Shown: positions 50,012 to 59,946 of the stretch, one piece after another
Layout of the letters: every line of letters begins with the position of its first letter
How positions within the stretch are numbered: the stretch's first letter is position 1
Assembly (NCBI GenBank): GCA_963675525.2
Contig: CAXXSL010000013.1
Location: 256,001 to 320,000 of the forward strand
DNA from: Anaerohalosphaeraceae bacterium
GTDB taxonomy: Bacteria > Planctomycetota > Phycisphaerae > Sedimentisphaerales > Anaerohalosphaeraceae
Reading direction: 5' to 3'
Length of the DNA stretch: 64,000 bases
The notes under the pieces: generated by a model
The model's database searches: none
What the model was told of the DNA's origin: nothing
Seen by the model: only the letters and a program-made list of their open reading frames with translations
Made by a program: the position numbers and the translations under genes

Positions 50012-51529
50012 ATGACTCACAAACTCACACTTAAGTGTATATTTATAATAGTGTTATGTTTTTTTTCATCGATCCTGCAGGCAGGTGAAACCCAAACTGA
50101 TTACATGGCCATCATGATGGGCGATCAGAAAATCGGTCACTTGATTCATGCTCGCAGCGTCGAAAACAGCACCGTCGTTACCACTGAAGATCTTTCCATG
50201 ACCCTGTATCGCTACGGACAAAAAGTCACGATTTATTCTAAAGAAACACATATTGAAACGACGGAAGGCGAACCGATTTCTTTCGAGACAATTATGAAGG
50301 CCAGCGGTATTGAGCAGAAAACATCCGGTACTATTCAGGACGAAAATATCTATCTGACCAAAAACGGTCAGGATATCATCATGGATTGGCCAACCGGTAC
50401 ATTAATGCTTGAGGGCGTACGATTGCTGCAGGTAAAAATGGGAACCGCTTCCGGTTGTCAATATGAAGCGACAACATTTTCCACGATCGATTCATTTGAA
50501 CCGCTCAAATTAACATTCATTGTCGGGGACAAGAAAATAATTGACCTGAGAGGACAAAAACTCGAATTAACGGAAATAAAAAAAATCTCACGCATCAAAG
50601 AACAGGAAACAACCGAGATTCATTACGTAGACGACAATTTGAAGATACTGAAGATCCTCGCTCCGATAATGGGCACAACACTGGAATTTGTTGCCTGCGA
50701 TAAAGATTTTGCACTCCGAGATGACGATACCGTTGACTTTCTCGAGAAATTCAACATCGCCAGCCCCGTGCAGCTTACGAATTTAGACACCATCGATTCG
50801 ATCGTTTATGAGATCCGGCCCAAAATGGACACAGAATTCACGCTGCCTGACTCCTCCCATCAAACGGTTCAACAAAACGAAGAAACCCTGCAGGTTACGG
50901 TACAAAGACTCACATCCCCGGAAAATATCAAGTTTCCTTATGATGGAAACGATCTCCAGATATTGAAGGCTCTTCAGCCGACCGAATATCTGCAATGCGA
51001 TAACATAGAAATCGTGGACCTTGCCCGGCACGCCATCGGCGGCACCAAAGACGCCGCCAAAGCCGCCAAACAGATCGAATCCTTTGTCGCCGGGTATATC
51101 AAGAAAAAGGACCTTGCCGTCGGTTATGCCTCTGCCGCCGAAGTGGCCCAGACCCGTCAGGGTGACTGCAGTGAACATGCCGTCTTAACCGCCGCCATGT
51201 GCCGCGCCGTCGGCATTCCCGCCCGTATCGCTTGCGGCGTCCTTTACGTGGATTCGCTCATCACCCAAAAAAGCATCTTCGGCGGCCACATGTGGGTTGA
51301 AGTCTATCTGGATGGACAATGGATCGGCCTGGACGCGACACGCGTCAATCAAAAGAAAACCGGGGAGGAGGGGTTCGGTCCCGGACATATCGCTTTGGCT
51401 TACGGTGACGGCTCACCGACGGATTTCTTCAACCTTGTCAACACGCTTGGCTGTTTCACGATCGAAAAAATTTCTGTTCATAAAATAACGGAACCTAAAA
51501 AAGAAGATAAACCGAAAACACTACAATAG
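50012..51529 (+). CDS. Secreted transglutaminase-like domain protein
   Basis: Signal peptide; Cys-His-Asp triad in 'GDCSEHAVL..RAVGIPAR', 'HMWVEVY', 'W..LDAT'; RBS AAGGAG. Confidence 0.9.
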   Translation: MTHKLTLKCIFIIVLCFFSSILQAGETQTDYMAIMMGDQKIGHLIHARSVENSTVVTTEDLSMTLYRYGQKVTIYSKETHIETTEGEPISFETIMKASGIEQKTSGTIQDENIYLTKNGQDIIMDWPTGTLMLEGVRLLQVKMGTASGCQYEATTFSTIDSFEPLKLTFIVGDKKIIDLRGQKLELTEIKKISRIKEQETTEIHYVDDNLKILKILAPIMGTTLEFVACDKDFALRDDDTVDFLEKFNIASPVQLTNLDTIDSIVYEIRPKMDTEFTLPDSSHQTVQQNEETLQVTVQRLTSPENIKFPYDGNDLQILKALQPTEYLQCDNIEIVDLARHAIGGTKDAAKAAKQIESFVAGYIKKKDLAVGYASAAEVAQTRQGDCSEHAVLTAAMCRAVGIPARIACGVLYVDSLITQKSIFGGHMWVEVYLDGQWIGLDATRVNQKKTGEEGFGPGHIALAYGDGSPTDFFNLVNTLGCFTIEKISVHKITEPKKEDKPKTLQ

Positions 51530-51582
51530 TGGGCCGGCAAAAAGAGCTTGAACGCCCTAATACGATTATAAGGAGAGGCATC

Positions 51583-51778
51583 ATGAGCACCTGTCATTCG
51601 GAAAATCACGAAAAACACCTCTGTCGCCTTTACGGCGAAGGCCTGCATCATACAAAACCCGACCAGTATGCCCATTTGGTCAAGGACCCGAAATATGTCT
51701 GTAAAAGCTGCGGGCGGGTGGCAAATCTCAAAGAAAACCTGTGTGCCCCCGATCCTGCTCGGTACATGGGAAGAGTAA
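51583..51778 (+). CDS. Small Cys/His-rich putative metal-binding protein (apparent +1 frameshift at 51746-51750)
   Basis: RBS AGGAGAGG; 'MSTC..H.KHLC...KDPKYVCKSCGRVAN..NLCAP'. Deleting one C gives the end 'ILLGTWEE*' at 51778; as given, the ORF runs to 51897. Confidence 0.6.
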
Positions 51779-51898
51779 AGGCGATTTTTGGCCTCATAAA
51801 GCTCGATTTTTGCAAAAATTATCAGAAAATATTTTTTTCTGTAACGGTGTCGCCTGAAAACGCGTCATACCATAAGACAGCAGAAAGAATCACCTGAA

Positions 51899-53908
51899 AT
51901 GGATGCAAAACTGACTGAATTAATTGGCCTTGCTGCTGCCGGCAGGCAGGAGCAAATGGACGAGCTTATCAAAACAGCTCAGCCCAGAATCCGTTCATAT
52001 ATTTTGCGGTGTACGCTCAATGAGGACCTGACCGAAGATCTTTTACAGGAAACCATGCTCCAATTATTAGTATCAATCAAATCACTTAAAAACGCTGAGC
52101 GCTTCTGGCCCTGGCTATACAAAATTGCATCCAACAAAGTCATCAGCTATTTCCGCAAAAATAAACACCACTCCTCGATCCAGTTCTCGGCGATGGAGGA
52201 CCATCTGGTTGAATCGGCATTGCAGGACACGCGCAAAACCGTCGATCAACCGGCCCGGCAGGAGCTTTATACGATCATCCTGAACACCATGGAAAAACTC
52301 AGCCCCACCCAGCGATCGGTTTTGTCGCTCCGCTGTTTTGAAGGCATGAAATATCAGGAGATCGCCGCCGCAACCGGCTATTCTGAAACCACCGCCCGGG
52401 TGAATTTCCTGCGGGCCCGCCAAAAACTTAAATCATCCCTGAGAAAACAGGGACTCTCGAAAAAGGCTGTTCTGCCGGCCCTCGTACTGTTTGGCAAACT
52501 TACCGCCGAAGAGGCGGTCGCCGCCGCCATTACGCCGGCAACCGTTACCTTTGAAATGGGCCTGACAGCCGCTGAGACCATTGTGACCGCCATCAAAGCA
52601 TATCTGCTCAAAACGGCCCTGGCAACGTTAACGATCACCACAACAGTCGTTGTGGGCCATGCCGCATGGGAACAGATATCCCCGTCACCCTTTCCGCCGC
52701 GAAACGAGGTTCAATCCGTCCACTATACCGTTCAGGGGATCGGCCTTGTTCAGGAAGACAACAAAGCGATCGCTGTTCTGCCCGCCAACCGCAGCCGTAA
52801 AGCGGATGTCGATGTCGGCCCGTATTACTGCAAAGGAGCCTATGAACAGTGGCTGCAATTCCCCGACGGCCCGGACGGCCCGGTGCTGGTGCGGATGCAG
52901 CGATGGGGGATGGATCCGAAGACACATGAAACCACAGACAAGCAATGCGGCTGGCTGCAGAATGGCCGCGCCAACTATTATTACTATGCCGGCGATAACA
53001 CACTCTATATCACCAACGACCCTGTCGGGATGCTGATACTGCCGACGGACTCGCCGGAGATGGTTGATTTTCTTTCCAAATACAGCCAATACCAGGACAG
53101 CATAAAATACACATGCGACCGAAAAACGGGGCTGGCCAAAGCCAAAAAGGATAACCGCGTCCCCTCCGTTAAAAACTACAACACCGAGTACGTCTATAAC
53201 ACATTATCCGAGCAGGACTTTGAACCGTTCTGGCCGAAGGATGCCGGCGTCATTGACCAGCGTGACCCCATGCACTATCGCGGTTGGACGTATTTTACGA
53301 TCGCGGGCAATCTGGGTGACCTGCCGATTCGCGGCAAAGGACAAATTCCTTTTTCCTACAATGCATTTCTGGAACATAAGCCCTGGCTGGATTTACAGAT
53401 CGGCGATTCGCTCCGGATACTGGACACGGCCCGGGGCGCGTGCCTGATCGATGAAGATACGGGACAAACCCGGCATTATCCATCGGGCACGTTTTTTGTC
53501 GGACTGGGCCGCCCGTGGAGCGGCATTCGCGCTTACGATACACTGCGACGGGATGCCGCCGAAGACAAGATCCCCTTCAGCGATAAACGCGTCAATGAAA
53601 CCGGCCGGGTTCTCCTGGAGCGGAAACTCGGACCGGATACCTACACGATCCAGTACACCGTGGACATGGCCAAAGATGTCACTGATACGATCCAGTTCGT
53701 CCGGTCCGGCACGGAACCGGCAAAGGGCAAACTCAAGCTTGCCTATGCACAAGAGTTGGAAGACCTCGCCGGCGAGTTTGAAGAACCCCGGCTTCCGCAA
53801 GTTGATTCGCAACAGGCCGGGTCGCGTTCAACATCATCACTGGCTGATGACCCTGCTCGAAAAAAACTACAGACACCGCAAAACCCGCAGATGCCCTGGC
53901 CGCATTAA
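51899..53908 (+). CDS. ECF RNA polymerase sigma factor with a TM segment and long C-terminal extension
   Basis: Sigma2 'EDLLQET..FWPWLYKIASN', sigma4 'LSPTQRSVLSLR.FEGMKYQEIA..S.TTARV..RARQKL'; hydrophobic helix near aa 235-255; ~400-aa tail. Confidence 0.88.
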   Translation: MDAKLTELIGLAAAGRQEQMDELIKTAQPRIRSYILRCTLNEDLTEDLLQETMLQLLVSIKSLKNAERFWPWLYKIASNKVISYFRKNKHHSSIQFSAMEDHLVESALQDTRKTVDQPARQELYTIILNTMEKLSPTQRSVLSLRCFEGMKYQEIAAATGYSETTARVNFLRARQKLKSSLRKQGLSKKAVLPALVLFGKLTAEEAVAAAITPATVTFEMGLTAAETIVTAIKAYLLKTALATLTITTTVVVGHAAWEQISPSPFPPRNEVQSVHYTVQGIGLVQEDNKAIAVLPANRSRKADVDVGPYYCKGAYEQWLQFPDGPDGPVLVRMQRWGMDPKTHETTDKQCGWLQNGRANYYYYAGDNTLYITNDPVGMLILPTDSPEMVDFLSKYSQYQDSIKYTCDRKTGLAKAKKDNRVPSVKNYNTEYVYNTLSEQDFEPFWPKDAGVIDQRDPMHYRGWTYFTIAGNLGDLPIRGKGQIPFSYNAFLEHKPWLDLQIGDSLRILDTARGACLIDEDTGQTRHYPSGTFFVGLGRPWSGIRAYDTLRRDAAEDKIPFSDKRVNETGRVLLERKLGPDTYTIQYTVDMAKDVTDTIQFVRSGTEPAKGKLKLAYAQELEDLAGEFEEPRLPQVDSQQAGSRSTSSLADDPARKKLQTPQNPQMPWPH

Positions 53909-53929
53909 AGTAAAAATGGGGAACGCGGC

Positions 53930-55980
53930 CGCATGCGGTCGCATGGATTTAACGACAATTGGGTTTGATTGGGTTTGATTGGGTTCGCGTGGCGCTGTTA
54001 AAAATGGGGGTGTTGTGTTCTTTCTGGGGTTTGGCTGCAATATATTGCATTGCTGTCGAGGTGCTACTTGGGGCTTAAATTGGGTTCGTTTTTTTTGGGA
54101 GTTGGCGGGGTAAAAATATACTTTGCCACAGATTAGACTGAGGATACATGAACTCATGAACTCGAGAACACAAGAACTCAAGAATTTGGATTTCTTCCAG
54201 ATGGCTTTTTGAATAGATTCTTCGCCTGCGGCTCAGAATGACGGTCTGCCGGAAATTGCTCATTGAATTGCTCCCTTCTGCAATTGACGATTGACGATTG
54301 ACGATTTGGGTGGAATTTCCTTCTTTTTCAGCTCTCATTATGAGGATAGTATTTAATTTTTCCGTCTTCGCCGAGTCTTCCTTCTTCGCCTTCGGCTACG
54401 TCGGGACAAGCCGACGCGACACGGTGTATTTTAGCAGAAGTTATGTAGATGTCAAACTTTTTGTCCACAGATTTCGGGGATTTTCACAGATTTTTTTCAC
54501 CACGAAGAGCCGAAGGGGCACGAAGGTTAGTTTTTGGGGAATTTTGTTGTTATGGGGGGTAATTGTCCGGTATAATTTGTGGGAATAAGGTTTTAGGCGG
54601 ACGATTTTGGAACCACCGATTACGCCGATGACACTGATTGTTTTTACCATGAAGATCGGGAAGAGCCCGAAGAGGGAATCGCCGGGGCGTTTTCAATGCC
54701 CCACAGGTCAAGTTCGGCTGCGATGCTCCAAACATGTTTGTGCGCTCGTCAACCAACCTTGTCCAGCCGTCTTTCAGCCGGGCGATTGGTTGTTGATCAG
54801 GCAGGAGACAGGAGATAGAATAAGGAGCCGCTCCGGGCAGTGGTTTTTGATTGCATCTTTGAATTTCACGCGAAACAGGGTAGAGGGAATTGGCAATTGT
54901 CGAATGACGATGGACGATTGTCGATTGGTATTTTGAATTGAGGAAGCGGCGTTTGCCGCGGCTATCATTATTAAGGTTTATCGACATTGATGCGCATTGG
55001 GTTTGATAATTGAAAACAGGGAAGAAAAAGGTGTCTGACCCCTTAATTTTCTCTGGCCAGATAACACGCCAGTTTTTTACTGTCCAGGCGATCTGTCTTG
55101 TCCTCTTTGGCGGCCGGCCGGGGCGTTTTAGAGGTGGCCGCAATAGTCACGGGCAGATGGTGTTTTTGTAAGGTGCGAGCCAATGAATAGCCCGTGGGCC
55201 CGGCTTCGTAAACAATCTCTTTGATGGCGTGCTGGACCGGTTTGAGCTGTTCAATAAGTTGATTGGGATTCGACGGCATGACAAAATCAAGAGCGGGGGT
55301 GTCGTTTAAGTGCAGCGCGACATGATACGTTTCCTTATGGGTGTCAATACCAATAAACAATGCATCGTTACGGGTTAAACGGATAGTGTTGAAAAATGTC
55401 TGTACCTTTGATAGACTACGCATGGGCCATCCTTTCGATAATGGTTCCGGTTTAGGGTTCAAAAACCATTATAAGAACTTTTGGATGGCCTACATATTAT
55501 CTATTATTATTCAAGCCCCATTCGGCTTGGCTCAGGGCAGGCTCTTCGGGCTTATGGAATTTTACTATTAAAATAGATTCCTCGACTGCGCTCGGAATGA
55601 CAGAGGGGGCGGACACGGACAGACAGGACTGATTGAATGGGAAAGAAGAAAGCGGGAAGAGGGGGAAGGCAACGAGGAATGCAGGGGAAAATGTTTTCCG
55701 GAAGATGTCGCCCGCTGCGCGGGCTTTGGGAGAGGGTTGGAATCGTCTCTTTTTCCACGCCCTGACGGGCGAGGCTACAAGATGGCGTCTGCTGCGCAGA
55801 CTTTTTGATTGACGAATTATGAGTGACGATATGAGTGACAATCACCGGGGGATTGACGAACACGGACGGTCATGGACAGAATGGACGTTTTAATGGACGA
55901 TGGACATTTGAATTGACGATTGGCGAATGACGATGGACGATTTTTTCTGTGGAAATCCGTGTAATCCGTGGTTGCTCTTC
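53930..55980. repeat. 2-kb patchwork of short repeats and relics between the converging ECF-sigma and recJ genes
   Basis: (attgggtt) repeats at 53958-54088; 8-mers gaactcaN near 54150-54185; ttgacga/tggacga heptamers near 54284, 54900 and 55895; REP-like hairpins; IS fragment. Confidence 0.7.
55054..55502 (-). pseudogene. Truncated second copy of the IS110-family element (left end plus the N-terminal part of the transposase)
   Basis: About 450 nt matching 10828-11277 with identical translation; cut off next to the ggtgtctgacccctt repeat. Confidence 0.92.
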
Positions 55981-57722
55981 TATTCGAACTGGATGTCGTT
56001 GAGGACGAACTGTAGGTTGGTTTGGCCGTTGTAGGTGTTGTACTGCGGCTCGAATGCGACGTGGAAGGTGTCGGCTTCGAGGAGTTTCTTTTCGAGCGAG
56101 CCCATGCCGAAGCCGATGCACCGGACGGCCCCGCCGGCGTCGGAGATCGACATCTGCAGGTGGTCGTTTCGGCTGCCGACCCGCCGGGGCGGAGCGATCA
56201 GCTTGACCCCGTGTGCGGCGAACACCGGCTTGGGATTGCCCTGCCCGAACGGCTCCAGATACGTCAACTCCTTCATAACCTGCTCATTAAACTCACAGAT
56301 TCCCGCCTCGGCGTCAATGTCGAGAAATGACTGGAGTGTTTCGTGGCTTAGGTTTTCATGTGCATAGGCCTCGAACGCGGCGACGAAATCGGGGATCTTT
56401 TCGGTTTCGATCTTCATTCCCGCGGCCATTTCGTGTCCGCCGAAACTGACCAGATGCTGCGAACAGGCCTGCAGCGCTTTGTGCAGATTGAACCCGGGGA
56501 CGGAACGGCCGGACCCCTGCGCCAGGCCGTTGGTGGTGTTGAGCATGATGGTCGGGCGATAGAACAGGTCGATGATCTTGGAGGCGACGATGCCGATGAC
56601 GCCGGGATGCCAGCCGTCGTCGGCCAATACGATGGTCTTGCGGTCGGGGTGGTTGAGTCCGGCCTGCATGATGCGCTGTTTGGCGGTCCTGAAGATATCC
56701 TGCTGGCACTTTTGCCGCAGGCGGTTCTGTTCTTTGAGGTACTGGGCGATCTGGATGGCCCGCACTTCGTTTTCGGTGGTCATCAGCTCGACGGCCAGGC
56801 GGGCGTGTCCCATGCGTCCGGCGGCGTTGAGCATCGGCGCCAGCCGGAACGCCACGGCGTAGCTGTCCACCTCGGAGGTGCCCAGCTCGGCCGTTCGGAC
56901 CAGTTGGCGGATGCCGACCAGGTCGGAATTCTCCAGCGCCTTTAAACTGTAGCCGACGAGCACACGGTTTTCGCCCCGCAGGTCCACGACATCGGCGATG
57001 GTTCCCATGCCGGCTAAGGTCGTGGCATTGAGCAGGTACTGGCGAAGCTCGGGCGATAGCTGGCCGCCCTGCTTGGTTGCGTTGGCAACTGCCCACGCAA
57101 CCTTGAACGCCACCATGGCCCCGGCCGACGTCGGATTGGGATAGTCCGGGTCGATCCTCGGATGCACGATGGCCACGGCTTCGGGCAGCACCGGACCGGG
57201 TTGGTGATGGTCGGTGACAATTGTCTCCATGCCGAGCTCGTTTGCCAGCCGGACCTCTTCGACGGCGGTGATGCCGCAGTCCACGGTGATCATCAATCGC
57301 GTTCCGCTGTCGGCTAATTGACGGACCGCTTCGACATTGAGGCCGTAGCCCTCATCGACCCGGTGCGGGATATAATAATCGGCGCCGGCACCGAGCATTT
57401 TGAGCAGATGCCACAAAATCGCGGTGCTGGTGATGCCGTCGACATCGTAATCGCCGTAGATGGAAATTTTTTCGCCGTTTTCGACAGCGTCTTTGATGCG
57501 TCCGGCCGCCGCGGTCACACCGGGCATACGCTCCGGCTCGATCAGGTCAGTCAGTTTAGGGGATAAAAACGAGCGGGCTTTTTCGGCTTTGTGGAGTTGG
57601 CGGTTGAGAAGGACCTGGGCAAGGATGGGCGAAATCTTGAGCTCGTCCGCCAGTGTCGCAGCTTTGTCGCTGGACGGTCGAACCTGCCAAACCTTTTTGT
57701 GCATCCCTGCCGGTACTTTCAT
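55980..57722 (-). CDS. recJ: Single-stranded-DNA-specific exonuclease RecJ
   Basis: 'YGDYDVDGITST', 'EGYGL', 'TVDCG', 'TDHH', 'GTIADVV', 'LNAAGRM', 'GSGRS', 'GGHEMAAG', 'EPFGQGNP'. Confidence 0.97.
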   Translation of the reverse strand: MKVPAGMHKKVWQVRPSSDKAATLADELKISPILAQVLLNRQLHKAEKARSFLSPKLTDLIEPERMPGVTAAAGRIKDAVENGEKISIYGDYDVDGITSTAILWHLLKMLGAGADYYIPHRVDEGYGLNVEAVRQLADSGTRLMITVDCGITAVEEVRLANELGMETIVTDHHQPGPVLPEAVAIVHPRIDPDYPNPTSAGAMVAFKVAWAVANATKQGGQLSPELRQYLLNATTLAGMGTIADVVDLRGENRVLVGYSLKALENSDLVGIRQLVRTAELGTSEVDSYAVAFRLAPMLNAAGRMGHARLAVELMTTENEVRAIQIAQYLKEQNRLRQKCQQDIFRTAKQRIMQAGLNHPDRKTIVLADDGWHPGVIGIVASKIIDLFYRPTIMLNTTNGLAQGSGRSVPGFNLHKALQACSQHLVSFGGHEMAAGMKIETEKIPDFVAAFEAYAHENLSHETLQSFLDIDAEAGICEFNEQVMKELTYLEPFGQGNPKPVFAAHGVKLIAPPRRVGSRNDHLQMSISDAGGAVRCIGFGMGSLEKKLLEADTFHVAFEPQYNTYNGQTNLQFVLNDIQFE

Positions 57723-57764
57723 GATTTTTCAGACCCTCTTGAGAGTGTTTTAGATCGCCCGTCC

Positions 57765-57793
57765 ATTATATCGACACAACCGGCCAAAGTCAA
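57765..57793 (-). promoter_or_regulatory. Sigma70-type promoter for recJ
   Basis: TTGACT -17 nt- TATAAT on the minus strand. Confidence 0.7.
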
Positions 57794-57827
57794 TGAATCT
57801 TAACGGAGCGCAGCAAAACTTAACGGC

Positions 57828-59033
57828 TTACTGTCCGAAAACTTCGTCGAGGATTTTGTCTGCATCGGGCGCCGTCCCCTGCGGCCAGGTTTTCATTAAC
57901 TCACCTTCCAGCAGCACGACAACATACGGGCTCATGAGTTCCCATTTTTCCGCCTCGGTCAGCTTGCCAAGAATACACGTTGTATCGGCGGGCACCGGAC
58001 CGGTTTGGGCATACGGCGGGACGGCCAGAAACGCGATCTTAAACGCATCGCTTCCCTGCTCGTTCATTTCCTTATAGTATGCGCTGTAAGCAGGCACAAC
58101 CTCCGCACAGGTCGGGCAGTCATGGTGATACATCAGCACAACCGCCATGCCCTCGCTCAATTGCGCACGAACATCATCTTCCACCACAAACCCAAGCCAG
58201 TCCCATTGTTCGACATCAGCTGACGATATTTGAACAGGTTCGCTCTCTTTGACCGGCTCGGCAGGCGGTTCTGTTTTCTCAACTTCCACAGCAACCGGCT
58301 CGTCCGGCGTTTTTACCTGGGCCGCAGCCAACTCCGCCGCACGATTCGCTTCAACAGCCGCGGCAAGTTTCGCCTTCATCGCGGCCAGTTCTTTTTGCAA
58401 TGATTGTATCTGCTGCTGCATGGCCGCAGTTTCCTGTTGCCATGTAGCCTTTTCCCGTTCGTGTTGAAATTTCAGCAGTTTGATTTTGCCTTCGGCCGAG
58501 ACTTGCGTTTGTTCCTGCGGCTTTTTGAACTCCGGGCGAAACATCACGATCGCCGGGGTCGTCAGTACCAAAACGGCAAGTATCGGAACCGCACAGACAA
58601 TCGCATGAGTCACATTCGGCCACGGCGGCGGCAGCAGTTTGTATCCTTTCGGCCGGAATATCGCTAAAAGAAGGAACAACGGAACATCAACAATCCACAG
58701 CGTCAGCCACGGGTCGACATGCACCTGCCCGAAACAACCGCACGACTCATAGCCCAACAGGGCCTTGGTCAGCGTCACACCGATAAACCCGAAATACGCC
58801 AGTGTGCCCGCAATCCAAGACGCCTTGCGAAACAGACCGCAGACCATCCACGCCCCCAGCGCAAACTCCAGCGGTATCTGCATCAGCAGAAATTCATAAG
58901 ATTCCCAAAACCCCGCCGGATTGGTCCGCCACGACGGAATCCCGACAGTCATCAATTCGTGAGCCTTCAGCAGCGCCGCCGCCATCAGTAAAAGCCCCGC
59001 CAGTGTCATGATAACGATGTTAACTTTACGCAT
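57828..59033 (-). CDS. MauE/DoxX-family membrane protein fused via a coiled coil to a CxxC thioredoxin-like domain
   Basis: TM bundle with 'AALLKA', 'EFALG.W', 'SCGCFG'; C-terminal 'VVLMYHHDCPTC..VP' and 'SP.VVVL.EG'. Confidence 0.7.
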   Translation of the reverse strand: MRKVNIVIMTLAGLLLMAAALLKAHELMTVGIPSWRTNPAGFWESYEFLLMQIPLEFALGAWMVCGLFRKASWIAGTLAYFGFIGVTLTKALLGYESCGCFGQVHVDPWLTLWIVDVPLFLLLAIFRPKGYKLLPPPWPNVTHAIVCAVPILAVLVLTTPAIVMFRPEFKKPQEQTQVSAEGKIKLLKFQHEREKATWQQETAAMQQQIQSLQKELAAMKAKLAAAVEANRAAELAAAQVKTPDEPVAVEVEKTEPPAEPVKESEPVQISSADVEQWDWLGFVVEDDVRAQLSEGMAVVLMYHHDCPTCAEVVPAYSAYYKEMNEQGSDAFKIAFLAVPPYAQTGPVPADTTCILGKLTEAEKWELMSPYVVVLLEGELMKTWPQGTAPDADKILDEVFGQ

Positions 59034-59189
59034 AAATTTGAGTCCCTAAACCGTCTGTGGTTATTCAATACACTACCGAATTATACCAGAAATCGGCTGG
59101 ATGTGGCAACCGCCTTCGGTTTTTTTACAAACTTATTACTTAGAGGCTCGAAAATTGTTCAAAAATGCGTAAAATAGCCCTCAATAAAA

Positions 59190-59417
59190 GCCTGTCGGGC
59201 TTTAACAACAATAGCCGCGGGTGCAGCGAAGCGAAACCCGTGGCTGGCCGGGCAAGGATTTGCCGAGACCCTGTAGGGGTCAAATAACAAAGTGGCATCT
59301 TGCTAAGTGTCTTTATTCAACCCCGTCGGGGTTGTGGATGGTTTGTGTTACCTGACCACGGGTTTGGCCTACGGCCTACACCCGCGGCTATTATTGTCAT
59401 GACCCCTGCGGGGTCTG
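59190..59417. repeat. REPIN-like composite inverted repeat (two head-to-head REP-like units)
   Basis: aatagccgcgggtg..aaacccgtgg is mirrored by ccacgggttt..cacccgcggctatt; inner hairpins gaccctgtaggggtc and aaccccgtcggggtt. Confidence 0.75.
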
Positions 59418-59463
59418 GTTGTTTAGATACCACGATTGTCATATTTTTTCAGGAATTGTAAAA

Positions 59464-59889
59464 ATGATGGACCTATCCCAAAAAGACTATCTTGTCGTCG
59501 TGCAATGTCACATCGTCAAAGAACGCTGCCCGGGGTATTTGTGCGAAAAGGCGTTTAGCGAACGGACCGGCGGGTTTGCCGACTATCCGGCGGACAAACA
59601 CTACCGCGTTATCAACCTGACCTGCGGCGGATGCTGCGGCCGGGCACTGCATCGCAAGTTGAGTCTCTTGAAACGCACAATCAAAAAGAAAGAAGGCATT
59701 GAGAAGGACAAGATTGTCGTGCAGTTGTCGTCGTGCATCACCAAAGACAACTACCACGCCACCCCCTGCCCGCATAAGGATTACATCAAAGGATTGATCG
59801 AAAAAATCGGACTGGATTACCGCGAAGCAACCGTCATCGATGAAAAAAGTGAAAAACGACGGGCAGAGGGTGTGTACAGTAACGATTAA
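59464..59889 (+). CDS. CGGC-domain protein
   Basis: 'VQC...CPGYLC..AF.ERTGGF..Y', 'TCGGCCG', 'QLSSC', 'PCPH'. Confidence 0.85.
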   Translation: MMDLSQKDYLVVVQCHIVKERCPGYLCEKAFSERTGGFADYPADKHYRVINLTCGGCCGRALHRKLSLLKRTIKKKEGIEKDKIVVQLSSCITKDNYHATPCPHKDYIKGLIEKIGLDYREATVIDEKSEKRRAEGVYSND

Positions 59890-59946
59890 TTTAACCACAA
59901 AGGCCATGAAGATCCTATTTATTATAAAACTACGAAGGAGAATAAA

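Noticed and set aside
54550..55143. 197-aa ORF and other ORFs in the repeat patch
   Set aside because: Stitched from an alternative IS frame and repeat translations (KGSDTF, SIVIRQ); unlikely to be real proteins.
53930..55980. Possible CRISPR array
   Set aside because: Repeats are 7-9-nt tandem units or isolated hairpins, with no constant repeat-spacer period and no cas genes.
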